Shown here: positions 1 through 33,269 of the stretch, piece by piece
Position numbering within the stretch: position 1 is the stretch's first letter
How the letters are laid out: every line of letters starts with the position of its first letter
Assembly: GCA_002269645.1 (NCBI GenBank)
Contig: NIVC01003820.1
Coordinates: forward strand, 1-64,000
Reading direction: 5' to 3'
Source of the DNA: Macrostomum lignano
Taxonomy: Eukaryota
DNA length: 64,000 nucleotides
Position numbers and translations under genes: made by a program
The notes under the pieces: generated by a model
The model's database searches: none
What the model was told of the DNA's origin: nothing
Seen by the model: the letters and a program-made list of their open reading frames with translations, nothing else

Positions 1-410
1 ATTCAGTCCATGGGTGTTCTTAAGATTCAGTCATGGGTTGCCTATAGATTCAGTCCATGGGTGTTCTTATAGATTCAGTCCATGGTTGCCTATAGAGCCA
101 GTCCATGGGTTCCTATAGATCAGTCTATGGGTGTTCTTATAGATTCAGTCCATGGGTGTTCCTATATATTCAGTCCATGGGTTGCTATAGAGCCAGTCCA
201 TGGGTATGCCTATAGATTCAGTCCATGGGTTGCCTATAGAGCCAGTCCATGGGTATGCCTATAGATTCAGTCCATGGGTGTTCCTATATATTCAGTCCAT
301 GGTCCATGGGTATGTCTATAGATTTAGTCCATGGGTTGCCCATATAAGCCAGTCCATGGGTTGCCTATAGAGTCTGTCCATGGGTACGCCTATAGATGCA
401 GTCCATGGGT
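1..410. repeat. Degenerate ~23-25 bp minisatellite (ATTCAGTCCATGGGTGTTCCTATAG-like), truncated by the window start
   Basis: Tandem recurrence of CAGTCCATGGG...CTATAG is visible directly. Confidence 0.9.
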
Positions 411-1004
411 ACGCTGGATACGCGGATACAGAGCTCAAGATGTACATAATTTTGGTGATCTTGTTACTAGCGTTATTAGTTTATTAGCGTTAGTAGCGAA
501 CATGGAAGAGTTACAGCAGCATCACTAAGTGCAGGAAGTGCAGGGGTGCAGGAAGGAGTTAATATCCATCCCTGCATTGCTGGCTCAGGCCCTGTCTTAC
601 ATGATGATCCTGGCTTCATATCCAAAGGAAATGACTTTTTCCTCCGTTTTTACTTTCGCCTCTAATTGGCTTCTGCTTTTGTTGCCCCGGTGCCCTTACG
701 GTATAGTCTTGCTCAAAGCTTTGCTTAGTAGTTGCATGAGCAGCACTACAGCTCATGCGTGCTGATAGTGCGTGATTAACCCTGCAGTGAATCTGGCTAT
801 CTAAAACTGCTAATATATTGCTGCTTAATTATGGACTCGATTTATGGCGTGACACATTGCAGGGAGGACACGAAGACGCATCAAAACAGCACAGTGTACA
901 GGAATGCTGTGACGAGAGAGATAAATGATTTCTGGCTTCACATCCTGCAATTTGGCTTTTTTCTCTGGCTAGCAGACGGGATGCAAAGATAAAAGTGCGC
1001 TTTA

Positions 1005-1343
1005 TGACTGACTGACTGACTGACTGACTGACTGACTGACTGACTGACTGACTGACTGACTGGACTGACTGACTGATGACTGACTGACTGACTGACTGAC
1101 GACTGACTGACTGACTGACTGACTGACTGACTGACTGACTGACTGACTTGACTGACTGACTGACTGACTGACTGACTGACTGACTGACTGACTGACTGAC
1201 TGACTGACTGACTGACTGACTGACTGACTGACTGACTGACTGACTGACTGACTGACTGACTGACTGACTGACTGACTGACTGACTGACTGACTGACTGAC
1301 TGACTGCTGACTGACTGACTGACTGACTGACTGACTGACTGAC
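1005..1343. repeat. (TGAC)n microsatellite
   Basis: Direct reading; explains the SQSV ORF 829..1371. Confidence 0.97.
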
Positions 1344-2196
1344 TATATCTGCTGAATATCAAAAGCAACAATCTTATTAAATTTCATGCCTTGGCTAAAC
1401 TAGTGTCGCGTTAAAAAATCGGTTGATAAAAAATACTGTGGATACCTGAAGAAGTTCACGAACAGAGGGAAGCGCAGTCGATGTTAATCAAGTTGATATT
1501 CATTCTATCATTTTGCACGCGTCGACTTGCGAGCTACAAAATGACGCGAGAGGAGCAATAGACTGAAAAAAATAGCAGAGAGACCTGGGAGCAGCCCGGG
1601 ATGCCTGCGGGTTCTCAAACCCCACCTCAGCTGCTGAGCTGTAGCAGCGCGTACGACATGCCATGGAGTTCTAAAATTTGTACCTGGATTAGAAGTTGTT
1701 TTGTCTCAAGATATTTTGTGTTTTTTAAATCCCAAATAAACACGAACACAAAAAACTTATATTGGCATTTGTGGCATTTTGTCAAAATTTTTGCTTACTG
1801 TTATCCCAAATTTGCCCGAAATGAAACTTTTCCATTTTTTCAAAACATTTTTTTTTCGATTTGTTTGTGTGTCTAAACACTATACTGAAGTACATTAAAC
1901 TAGCTCCAGTCCAGATGTTATTAATTTAGGGCTCCATGAATGCACGCCACTGAGGCTGGGGGGGGAGGGGGTCAGCAGCGCGGACTCATTAATCATTTTT
2001 TATTCCGCTGGCCAGCAGCGAGATGTACAAAAGCTGGGCCTGATAAATTATTAATAAGTTGCCCTGTGGGGTTCAGTATAGGGGCTGTTTGAGGGGTGAC
2101 TCTCCGATGGGTTCTAAAATAATAAGACCCATACTGTCCTACCAGTAATTAAAATAATTGCTTGTGACAATAGAAATAACAAAAATATATGAATGA

Positions 2197-2431
2197 CCGG
2201 GTCGGCAAATTGCGGCCCAAAAAGCCTCTCAATCCGGCCACCACCGGTCCTTTGAAACTTCGCAATAGCAATCCGGACCGCTCAATGTCCATATCTCTTG
2301 GCAATGTCCATAACCCTTACAACTCTTCTCTCTTTTCTCTCGCCTCTCCTCTCCTCTCATGTACTCTCCTCTCTCCCTCTTCTCTAGATTCTTTATCTGG
2401 CCCTTGAGGTGAAAAACGTTTCCGACCCCTG
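2197..2431. mobile_element. Possible decayed hAT (Charlie-like) MITE
   Basis: Imperfect terminal inverted repeats CCGGGTCGGCAAA...TTTCCGACCCCTG with subterminal GGCCC, resembling the CAGGGGTCGGCAAAC-type termini of Charlie-like hAT MITEs. No matching 8-bp TSD. Confidence 0.4.
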
Positions 2432-2919
2432 GTCAATAGCGAACTATTTCTATTTATCTGCCTAGCTAGTGTGAAATCAACGTGCTAATAAATTTAGTGA
2501 CTCTGAAGTGCTGCTGGAGGCGTTGCTGTGACATTTTATTCATTTAAATCCGCTGCTGCCGCCTTCTGCAGCAGCCCTTATTCTGGTGCCAAATGTAAAA
2601 CGTGCTTTAGAAAAGTACAGAATTTCCTGCAACAGCTGCCGCAACCTCCTGATCGAAATCAGGAGATTGCGCTCGGTTTCTGCATCAGCAACAGAGAAAT
2701 GGCCTTATAGACAGTCGGATCGCGGGTAATGCAGTGTAAAAATACAGCAGAGGTCAAGAGTGCCAGGGGCCGATATGCAATTCTTATCGTTCGTTATTCT
2801 TCGTCTGAAATTTTTTCCAGAAAATACGATGGTTGCGAATATTTAAGTCTGGTGCTGGTTAACAAAATTGCATTGTCTTGCTTTGTCAGCACCTCGAGCA
2901 CACGTTTATTAGTCACTGG

Positions 2920-3850
2920 CATCCCAATTTATTAGTTACTGACACTCCAATCAAATTAGTCACTGGCATCCCAATTTATTAGTTACTGACACTCCAATCT
3001 AATTAGTCACTGACACTCCAATCAAATTAGTCACTGACACCCCAATCAAATTAGTCACTGACACCCAAATCTAATTAGTCACTGACACCCCAATCTAATT
3101 AGTCACTGACACTCCAATCAAATTAGTCACTGACACCCCAATCTACTTAGTCACTGACACCCCAATCTAATTAGTCACTGACACCCCAATCTAATTAGTA
3201 ACTGACATTCCAATCTAATTAGTCACTGACACTCCAATCAAATTAGTCACTGACACCCCAATCAAATTAGTCACTGACACCCAAATCTAATTAGTCACTG
3301 ACACCCCAATCTAATTAGTCACTGACACTCCAATCAAATTAGTCACTGACACCCCAATCTACTTAGTCACTGACACCCCAATCTAATTAGTCACTGACAC
3401 CCCAATCTAATTAGTAACTGACATTCCAATCTAATTAGTCACTGACACCAATCAAATTAGTCACTGACGCCCGAATCAAATTAGTCATTGACATTCCAAT
3501 CTAATTAGTCACTGACATTCCAATCTAATTAGTCTATGACACCAATCAAATTAGTCACTGACGCCCCAATCAAATTAGTCACTGACGCCCCAATCAAATT
3601 AGTCACTGACGCCCCAATCTATAAGTCACTGACACCCCAATCAAATTAGTCACTGACATTCCAATCTAATTAGTCACTGACACCCCAATCAAATTAGTCA
3701 CTGACGCCCCAATCTAATTAGTCACTGACACCCCAATCAAATTAGTCACTGACGCCCCAATCTATAAGTCACTGACGCCCCAATCTAATTAGTCACTGAC
3801 ATTCCAATCTAATTAGTCACTGACACCCAATCTAATTAGTCGCTGACATC
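2920..3850. repeat. ~24 bp minisatellite (CCAATCTAATTAGTCACTGACACC)
   Basis: About 38 tandem units with minor variants, read directly. Confidence 0.95.
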
Positions 3851-4629
3851 CGATGCCATTTATAGTAAGTGACGCCCAACCTTTATTAGTGACTGACACC
3901 TTCATTTTCGAGTCCCTGACGCCCCATTTCAAAAGCAACTGACACCTCATTTTAGTGTTTCCCGACACGCATTCAATATATTTTAGTAGACACTGACATT
4001 ACGATAAGCATCTGACACTATTCTGGCAGACCTGCAGCCATTCTTCTCCCGACAGATAACGAAAAAGGTAAACAGCCGAAGGGAGTCGTATAATCCAGAA
4101 GCTTGATGCTGTCCCTAAAGTTTGAGACTTATATTTACTCTAGATAATATTGTGTGTGCATTATGATACCACTGCAGAATATACTCTCGCACCTGTCTCG
4201 ATCGTGACATTTTGATGAAAAAAGTGCTTTTTAGCATGTCATGGCGAGCAGGGCAGAGTAAAAAATACGTACAGACTTCTATCCAATGCTGGGAAAATTT
4301 ATCCAAAAATAATAGCATTTGAGGAACATTGTGACGTGCAGACTTGATAGATAAGACAAAGTGCTTGGTGCTCTAAAATATTTGCCAGAAATTCTGTCAA
4401 GATATTTGGTAAAGTGTACGAAGTCTTTGCGATCAATACATTGCGCTTCTTTGTTGCTATTGTATTATAAGCTTTTTGGAATTTGTTTAAATAATTTTTT
4501 GTATAGCCTGTTAAAGTTAATAAATAATATTTGCGCACTTAAAGAATAATGTACATCGTGGAGCTTATTAAAATACTCTGTCAAATGTGCATTAGTTCTA
4601 GCTGACTTTCTCCCTGCTCTCGCCCCTAT

Positions 4630-4990
4630 AATGTACATTGATGCTCTTCACTCAAAATCTCGTCCCTCTCTAGAACGTACATGATGCTCTTCACTCAACA
4701 TCTCGTCCCTCTCTAGAATGTATATCTATGCTCCTCACTCAACATCTCGTCCCTCTCTATAATGTACATCTATGCTCCTCACTCAACATCTCGTCCCTCT
4801 CTATAATGTACATCTATGCTCCTCACTCAACATCTCGTCCCTCTCTAGAATGTACATTGATGCTCTTCACTCAACATCTCGTCCCCATCTAGAATGTACA
4901 TCTATGCTCTTCACTCATCATCTCGTCCCTCTCTAGAATGTACATCTATGCTCTTCACTAAACATTTCGTCCCTCCCTGCCCTGGGATGT
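4630..4990. repeat. 44 bp minisatellite (~8 copies)
   Basis: AATGTACATCTATGCTCCTCACTCAACATCTCGTCCCTCTCTAG recurs with a 44-nt period (e.g. 4717, 4761). Confidence 0.93.
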
Positions 4991-5051
4991 ACATTCCATC
5001 AGCACAACTAGATAAACCACGGATATAGTAATTGTCTCAAAAGTTTCAGAC

Positions 5052-23975
<18,924 letters not shown>

Positions 23976-24444
23976 GTTTCTCTATCGTTGTAAAAGCAAA
24001 AAACCCCAAATGTCTCAAAGATCTGCTTTTGTAGCCAGCTTTTATATCTGTCATACGGATCGTTATTGCCAATTATCTGCGTTGGGAAACATTCAGGCCG
24101 GCTTCAGGTAATCCGAGAGCAATTTCTCTTCGGTAATTAATCGCCCGGATCATTAGGACTCAAGCATAACTTGTTGGATAGCAACTAAAATGATGTAAGA
24201 AACTCGAGGCAAAATATCGATTTTGGATTTCCTTGTTGGTGCTAATGAGACGCAGAATTCGTCACCCGAATCCCAAGATTAGCGGTCTTTATCGACGCGT
24301 ACCCACTGGAAATATTAGAAGCCTCTTCATCAATAGGTGGTGCGCTTTTATTATGAATTTCTAACAGCACAAAATCACCTTTTGATAATGTCAATGCATC
24401 ACAGATCGACCCCGTATTCAGATGATGTATGCCCTCACTGAAGC

Positions 24445-24870
24445 CTCTGCGGCTGACATGACGCCTCGGTTCTGACACGACGCTTCAGTTCTGACATTGT
24501 GCCTCGGTTCTGACATGTTGCCTTGGTTCTGACACGACGCTTCAGTTCTGACATTGTGCCTCGGTTCTGACATGTTGCCTTGGTTCTGACACGACGCTTC
24601 AGTTCTGACATTGTGCCTCGGTTCTGACATGAAGCTTCAGTTCTGACATGACGCTTCAGGTCTGCCATGATGCTTCAGTTCTGACATGATGCTTCGGGTC
24701 TGACATGATGCTTCGGGTCTGACATGATGCTACAGTTCTGAAATTGTGTCTTAGTTCTGACATGATGCTTCAGTTCTGACATTGTGCCTCGGTTCTGACA
24801 TGACGCCTCGGTTCTGACATGTGACGCCTCGGTTCTGACATGTGACTCCTCGGTTCTGACATATGACGCC
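24445..24870. repeat. ~20 bp minisatellite (GGTTCTGACATGACGCCTC-like)
   Basis: Direct reading. Confidence 0.9.
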
Positions 24871-25399
24871 TCAGGCCTTCAACTACTTAACTAACCAGTT
24901 AGTGGTAAAATCCTGTTTTTAAAGTAAAAAACAACAACAACAAATTCCGTTTCTGATTCAATAAAATTAAAGCAGGTTCAAGATGAATAAATATTTTATA
25001 CTTTTAGCAGGATCATTTACTTGTGTAGCACAAAAACATACTAATTACGATATTAGCTAGTTACAGTGCTTACTAAGTAGTATTATAATATTTAAAAACA
25101 GGAATATTCAGAAATGAACAGGTAAGTACCGACAAAGAGCAATTAAAAAATGTAATAGTGTGCTTTAATAAGTCGAAGTTATGACCAAAACTAAGTATGA
25201 GTTTTAATAAATAATAGAGACAAGTTATATGGGTACGACTTATAGCAACTGAGAGCCCAAGATGAACGGTCAAAGACGGTTTAATAGCATGTTTTTGTAA
25301 GAAGTCCAGCAATTTGCTTTTCCAACTAAGCAAAGGTGAATTGTTTCTAGATGCAAATGCAGCTTATAGCCCATGAACTAATTGTGTTAAGATTCATGG

Positions 25400-25830
25400 C
25401 TAATATGCTGTAGATTAGCTAATGGTTTATACTTGTAGATATGTGATTCATAGGCCATAGACTAATGTTTTGTAGATGTGTAACTAGTAGGCCATAGACT
25501 AATGTTTTTTATATGTGTGACTAATAGGCCATAGACTAATGTTTTGTAGATGTGTAACTAGTAGGCCATAGACTAATGTTTTTTATATGTGTGACAAATA
25601 GGCCATAGACTAATGTTTTTTATGTGTGACTAATAGGCCATAGACTAATGTTTTGTAGATATGTGACTAATCGCCCATAGACTAATGTTTTGTAGATGTG
25701 TGACTAATCGCCCATAGACTATTGTTTTGTAGATGTGTGACTAATCGCCCATAGACTCATGGTTTCTAGATGTGAATAATAGCCCATAGACTAATGGTTT
25801 CTAGATGTATGGCTAGCTAATACCCAATAG
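25400..25830. repeat. 37 bp minisatellite (CATAGACTAATGTTTTGTAGATGTGTGACTAATCGCC)
   Basis: Direct reading, ~11 copies. Confidence 0.9.
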
Positions 25831-25996
25831 AATATAGAGGCTATCAAAGATGCAGCAATTAGCCAACATACAAATAAAACACGTAGGCTATAGGCTTTGT
25901 TGGTCATTTGAAAAACAGTAAAACTTTTTTCAATTTTATGACAACAACCGTTTAGTACTATGAGTAGTTAGTCATAAACAGAATGTTAAAGCTGCG

Positions 25997-27200
25997 TCAC
26001 TGCTGCGGACCATAGTAGCCGCCTTCGGTTCGCCAGTCAGGCGCTCCGGTCCCACTGGTACCTACTGTCGAGTTTTGATGGTGCGACTGCTGCTGCTGAG
26101 GCTGGTTGTTGCTGGTGCCTCCGCTGCCCCTGCCACCCCTGCCACCAGTGAAGACGGTCAGAATGAGAAATGCTCCGGAAATCAGGGCGCACAGGAGCGA
26201 CCAGCCGAGCTTGTCTGAGTGGGTCACGGTTCGAGCAATGCTGGCCGCGATCAGGCCGCTGATGCCTGGTGGGGAAAGTGAGTTTCGGGAAGTGGCTTGG
26301 CAGTTTGGGCTTTGGCGGAGAGTGACGCAATGGGTGAGGCGGAGAGTGATACAGTGGGTGAGGTGGAGAGTGATACAGTGGGTGAGGCGGAGAGTGACAC
26401 AGTGGGTGAGGCGGAGAGTGACACAGTGGGTGAGGCGGAGAGTGACACAGTGGGTGAGGCGGAGAGTGACACAGTGGGTGAGGCGGAGAGTGACACAGTT
26501 GGTGAGGCGGAGAGTGACACAGTGGGTGAGGCGGAGAGTGACACAGTGGGTGAGGCGGAGAGTGACACAGGGGGTGAGGCGGAGAGTGACACAGTTGGTG
26601 AGGCGGAGAGTGACACAGTGGGTGAGGCGGAGAGTGACACAGTGGGTGAGGCGGAGAGTGACACAGTGGGTGAGGCGGAGAGTGACACAGTTGGTGAGGC
26701 GGAGAGTGACACAGGGGGTGAGGCGGAGAGTGATACAGTGGGTGAGGTGGAGAGTGACACAGGGGGTGAGGCGGAGAGTGAAACAGGGGGTGAGGCGGAG
26801 AGTGACACGACACAGGGGGTAGGCGAGGAGTGACACAAGAGAGACAAAGATATTATATATGGACATATGAGTGACACACAGAGTGCCACAAAGAGTGTGG
26901 TGAAGAGTGAAAAGTGGGCCATCTGCGGCCGGCCCAGCCCTCACCTGCCAATATCATGCAGCCGGCATCCACAAGCAGCACAATATTATTGCCCTCGAAA
27001 ATGTCGAGAAAGGTGCAGGCAAACGTGAACGCCAGTCCAATAAAGTAAGTTATTAAACCGATAATTAAAAAGGCGGTCTTCGCGTCATTCTGTTGAGCGT
27101 CGAGCAGGAAGACGTCGTTAGCCGACAGCCAGACAATGAAGCCGATTGAAGACAGAATGAAGGCCAACCGAAGCCACAGCGGCCGTTCATGGAAGATCAT
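25997..27200 (-). CDS. Small four-TM claudin/PMP22-like protein (174 aa, 2 exons)
   Basis: Exons 26945-27200 (ATG to GCAG|GTGAG) and 25997-26265 (CCACCAG|GC), phase-compatible. Four hydrophobic helices, a GWS motif before TM4, and a Q/G-rich tail ending GGYYGPQQ. Confidence 0.75.
26325..26830. repeat. 24 bp minisatellite (GGGTGAGGCGGAGAGTGACACAGT) filling the intron of the tetraspan gene
   Basis: Direct reading. Confidence 0.95.
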
Positions 27201-27705
27201 TTGAGGGCCCGATCAGAGTGCCAGCTTTAGCCAACGGAGACGCGCTAGGAGAGTGCGTTTTCGCTCTCGCTGTTTTGGGATTTTAGACAGCCGGATTGCT
27301 GTTGACACAGCCTTGGAGGAGGGCCGCAGCAACTCTTCCTGCCTGCTCGGTGGAAAATTGCTCCATTGGACGAGGGCAGGTGTACTTGGCAGAACACTTG
27401 GGAAGGAAGGTGGCTGGCCACCGGGCGACCACCTCAATTCTGACGCGTGCCGTACTTCCTTCTGAGCTAAACCTGCCCTCTACCTCCCCAGTCCTGTGTC
27501 CGTGCCCCTCTAGCTTAGGGGGATTATAGTTAGACACGAGCCCCGCCCTAAGCTGCCCACCCCAGACCATCTGCCAGGTACTGTACGTGCCAGCAAAACC
27601 CAATTCTGTACTCCGATCTGCTGCAAAGATAGCCGCGTTGCACTCGGGTGAAGAAATCAATTCCAATTGTTCATTGCTAAAAACGAGTTCACGCTTTTTC
27701 GGACT

Positions 27706-29128
<1,423 letters not shown>

Positions 29129-30054
29129 TCAGTATAAAAGTGGCACATGACAGGCACCTAATTGCATAAAAATGAAGGAAAGCTTTAAGAACCAGTTCGG
29201 TCACATACCATAACTGCGCATATAAATAAGAATTTTAAATAATTAATGCCTTGACTTGACATAGCAAAAATGCGTCTTTATGGGCATACCAAGTCTTGAT
29301 TAATTCGTTTTTTTAGCTCGCAAGTCTTCTGGCAATAATCTAAGACGGAAATTGGACTGCAAATGAGCTTTCTGCCAGGGTTTCAGTACTGAACCTGCTG
29401 TGTCGTACCTACGAGCGTTAAATGATTTTTTGTTTAAGTACACCAATATTCATTTTTCAGCCTCTGCTGCTACCACACGGTCACCTCTATTTCATAACGG
29501 ATCAATTTATATAATTTTATAATTTTTCTAATAAATTTAGAAGTGGAATGTACTCGCGGTTTTCTGAGACATAGTTAATTGGTTGAATCTTTGTTGAAAA
29601 AAACAAGAATGTTGTTCTTTTAAAAGCAAATTTCTCAATAGTTTATTTGTGATGCAAGTTTTAAGCTGTGCATCAAACTACAAATCCAACACTTAAAGTA
29701 TCCTATGTTTTAATGAACAATCAGCCTACTAACAAGTAGCAAATATGAGACATGCAATGGGCTGCCTAGGAAAGACTAAGTTAAACTTGAACTGCCATAG
29801 TGCAGAACAATACTCTAATTGAAGTTAGTCCAAGGCCGAATCTCTCAACAACTATGAAAATTATTTGAAGGCTTAACTTCGCACATTGGATGTGACCACG
29901 CATATACTCTGTCAAATTTAAATATTGAAAAATAAGTCTACCAAAGACTGGAAAAAGCAAAATTCAAGTTAACATACGTTGATAAAGAGAGCCGAGTCCG
30001 ATCTGTGGCTGTAAATATTACAGAAACTTATGCACTGTAAGCATGAGATGAAGA

Positions 30055-30158
30055 GCAGAGATCAGAGACACAGTGTGAGACACAAGGCCGAGATCAGAGA
30101 CACAGGCTGAGACACAAGGCAGAGGTCAGAAACACAGGCTGAGAGACACGGCAGAGGC
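30055..30158. repeat. Short array of the 32 bp minisatellite, inverted relative to 31567-32608
   Basis: GCAGAGATCAGAGACACAG...TGAGACACAAGG is the reverse complement of the downstream unit. Confidence 0.85.
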
Positions 30159-30643
30159 ACTGCTATATTGCTTTATCTGTTAAAATAAATCAAGCCTAGA
30201 CAGACTCAAGTCAAATGCGATATCGATGGGTAGCCTACTCACTTGACAACCCCCCAACCAGCAGCAACAATACGCCACCACGTTCTACTTTATTGCTCCT
30301 AGCCTGCTGACGTCAGTCGATTTGACTGGAACCTAGTTTGAGTCAATCTTTTAAATAGATAAAGCAGTTTTCTTTTAGTTGAAGCAAATAAAAGCCGTGA
30401 ATCTCCTGGTCCACCTCCATAATTGCGGACACGCCTCGGTCTTTAATAGGTAGCATCGATTCCCCAAATCACACCTGCTCTGCAGTGGGTGCAATTGCAG
30501 CATTTCGTTGGATGAAATCGAAAAATGCGGCACCTTTCGCAGCTCCTGACCATCGAACCCACCGACTTACAGGTGCCTCATCGGTTCTCCAACCTCAACC
30601 CAGCTTCTTACCCGCCCGCCTGCAGCTGAAGCCGCATCTCGCC

Positions 30644-31011
30644 ATGCTCAACACGCCTCTCCATCTGCTCCTTCTGTGTCTGACGACCGTCGCTCTCCCC
30701 GAGTCGCTCCGCCTGACGGCCACAAGTGGCGAAGGTCTGGAAGCTCTCGTGGCTCAGGTGAGTGGGTCATCCCACAAGATTAGCACTGCCCATGCATGCA
30801 AGCACACGCAGCTTTGTCAGCAGCCTCAGCCTCAAAGTTTTCAGCCCACAGTCGGCCATGGCAGCCCGAGAGACCACCAGTGAGTTCAGTCGCCGAAGTC
30901 CACCAGCTTGCTGTGAAGAAGTGGCGCGGGATGAAGAGAGGATTCTGGGATCGGTACAAGTACTGCAGCAGCTTCTACCAGCCGCTCTCGTGCTGGGGAC
31001 TGCCTCGCTAG
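30644..31011 (+). CDS. Candidate neuropeptide precursor with a C-terminal disulfide-ring peptide
   Basis: Exon 1 30644-30757 (GCCATG, signal-like MLNTPLHLLLLCLTTVALP, donor CAG|GTGAGT). Exon 2 ~30838-31011 encodes ...AVKK-WRGM-KR-GFWDRYKYCSSFYQPLSCWGLPR*. The acceptor choice is uncertain. Confidence 0.55.
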
Positions 31012-31566
31012 CGGCTGAGCCATCCACAGACCTGACAAGAGGCCTGACACTCCTGACGAGAGGAGTCTGACAACTATGACTAGCTCTTGTGTTGTGTACA
31101 AAGCTCTTCCTTATCACAGTAGGGCCTAGCGGGGCCGTAGCCAAGAGGTCAGTGGGGTCCGTGACCCCCATTGGCTGACTAAAGAACATGGAGTCCCCTG
31201 ACCAGCAGCTCCGGCTCTTTCTTCAAAACTTCCTGTGCCCCCCTACTGAAACTCCTGACTGCTCCTGCAGCCAGTGCCAATACCCGTACAAGTAGGTCTC
31301 GAACGCACCAGAAATCGTCTCTAAGCTCTCAAACGCCCCCACACCGAGCCTCAATGTCTCAAACTACTCAAAATATTTTATCAAGTGCAATCGGTAGCAA
31401 GTCTGCAGGCGTACTGGCTTTTGTATCTTAATAAGCGCTCGCTTTTGTCCAGAGCAAATATGCAAGAAGGACTTCATTTTAGTTTCTTGGCATCCAAACA
31501 AGTGCCTCAAGTACATTATCCACACCCTGATATTAAGGTAGAGCTTGTGTCCCGTGCTCAGTAGTG

Positions 31567-32608
31567 GCTGTGTCTCTGATCTCTGCTTTGTGTCTCTAAT
31601 GTCTGAATTGTGTCTCTGATCTCTGAATTGTGTCTCTGATCTCTGAATTGTGTCTCTGATCTCTGAATTGTGTCTCTGATCTCTGAATTGTGTCTCTGAT
31701 CTCTGCCTTGTGTCTCTGATCTCTGCCTTGTGTCTCTGATCTCTGCCTTGTGTCTCTGATCTCTGCCTTGTGTCTCAGGCTGTGTCTCTGATCTCTGTTT
31801 TATGTCTCAGGCTGTGTCTCTGATCTCTGCCTTGTGTCTCAGGCTGTGTCTCTGATCTCTGCCTTGTGTCTCAGGCTGTGTCTCTGATCTCTGTTTTGTG
31901 TCTCAGGCTGTGTCTCTGATCTCTGCCTTGTGTCTCAGGCTGTGTCTCTGATCTCTGCCTTGTGTCTCAGGCTGTGTCTCTGATCTCTGTTTTATGTCTC
32001 AGGCTGTGTCTCTGATCTCTGCCTTGTGTCTCAGGCTGTGTCTCTGATCTCTGTTTTGTGTCTCAGGCTGTGTCTCTGATCTCTGCCTTGTGTCTCAGGC
32101 TGTGTCTCTGATCTCTGCCTTGTGTCTCAGGCTGTGTCTCTGATCTCTGTTTTATGTCTCAGGCTGTGTCTCTGATCTCTGCCTTGTGTCTCAGGCTGTG
32201 TCTCTGATCTCTGTTTTATGTCTCAGGCTGTGTCTCTGATCTCTGCCTTGTGTCTCAGGCTGTGTCTCTGATCTCTGCCTTGTGTCTCAGGCTGTGTCTC
32301 TGATCTCTGTTTTGTGTCTCAGGCTGTGTCTCTGATCTCTGCCTTGTGTCTCAGGCTGTGTCTCTGATCTCTGCCTTGTGTCTCAGGCTGTGTCTCTGAC
32401 CTCTGCCTTGTGTCTCAGGCTGTGTCTCTGATCTCTGCCTTGTGTCTCAGGCTGTGTCTCTGATCTCTGCCTTGTGTCTCAGGCTGTGTCTCTGATCTCT
32501 GCCTTGTGTCTCAGGCTGTGTCTCTGATCTCTGCCTTGTGTCTCAGGCTGTGTCTCTGATCTCTGCCTTGTGTCTCAGGCTGTGTCTCTGATCTCTGCCT
32601 TGTGTCTC
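31567..32608. repeat. 32 bp minisatellite (AGGCTGTGTCTCTGATCTCTGCCTTGTGTCTC), preceded by 20 bp sub-units
   Basis: Direct reading. Confidence 0.96.
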
Positions 32609-33269
32609 TCTCTCCACGCCTCTCTTTCGCCCTTTCTTCATCTACCTCACCAACTCCCCCCTGTAAGCGCCTGCTGCCTAGTGCGTGGTGGCGCGCATGG
32701 CAATGATTTTACTCCTGGTATTGCTTATGCAATGTACATCCAGTGTGCTTTCTCGCCGAATAGGTTGTCCCCAGGTGGCTGGAGTCCTGCGAAATTTTTG
32801 CCTTTTCCAACTTCAAGTAGTCTAAAGACCCCCATCCATCGCAATGCATTGTACAAAAAGGCCTGAAAATCAGTATAATATATAAGGAGAAGTGAGCCTC
32901 AAAATAAAATTTCATAATTTCGTAGTAGGACGTGCACTGAGTGCCTCACTCTTAAGCCCCTTTCCTCTGATCAGGCGGCAGATCGGCCGCAGCAGAGGGC
33001 CAGCTGTCTCAACTGTCTCTGCGCTGCGTAGCCGCGAGGACGAGGGGAGGTCGCCGCTCCTTGAGGCCTGCAGCTGGATGCCAGGGGAAGAGATGAAGCT
33101 GAAAGAGTGGTTAGGGAGAGAACTGTTGAATTTTTTGAAATTCAGCCATAAAAAATATAAAATTTGACTTTACGAGCCGAACAGTCTTCCTTACACTCTA
33201 TCTCATATTTGCTTAGCACTCCCCCCTACTGGGGGACGAAACTATCATGTCACCCCGTTCGATCACACT

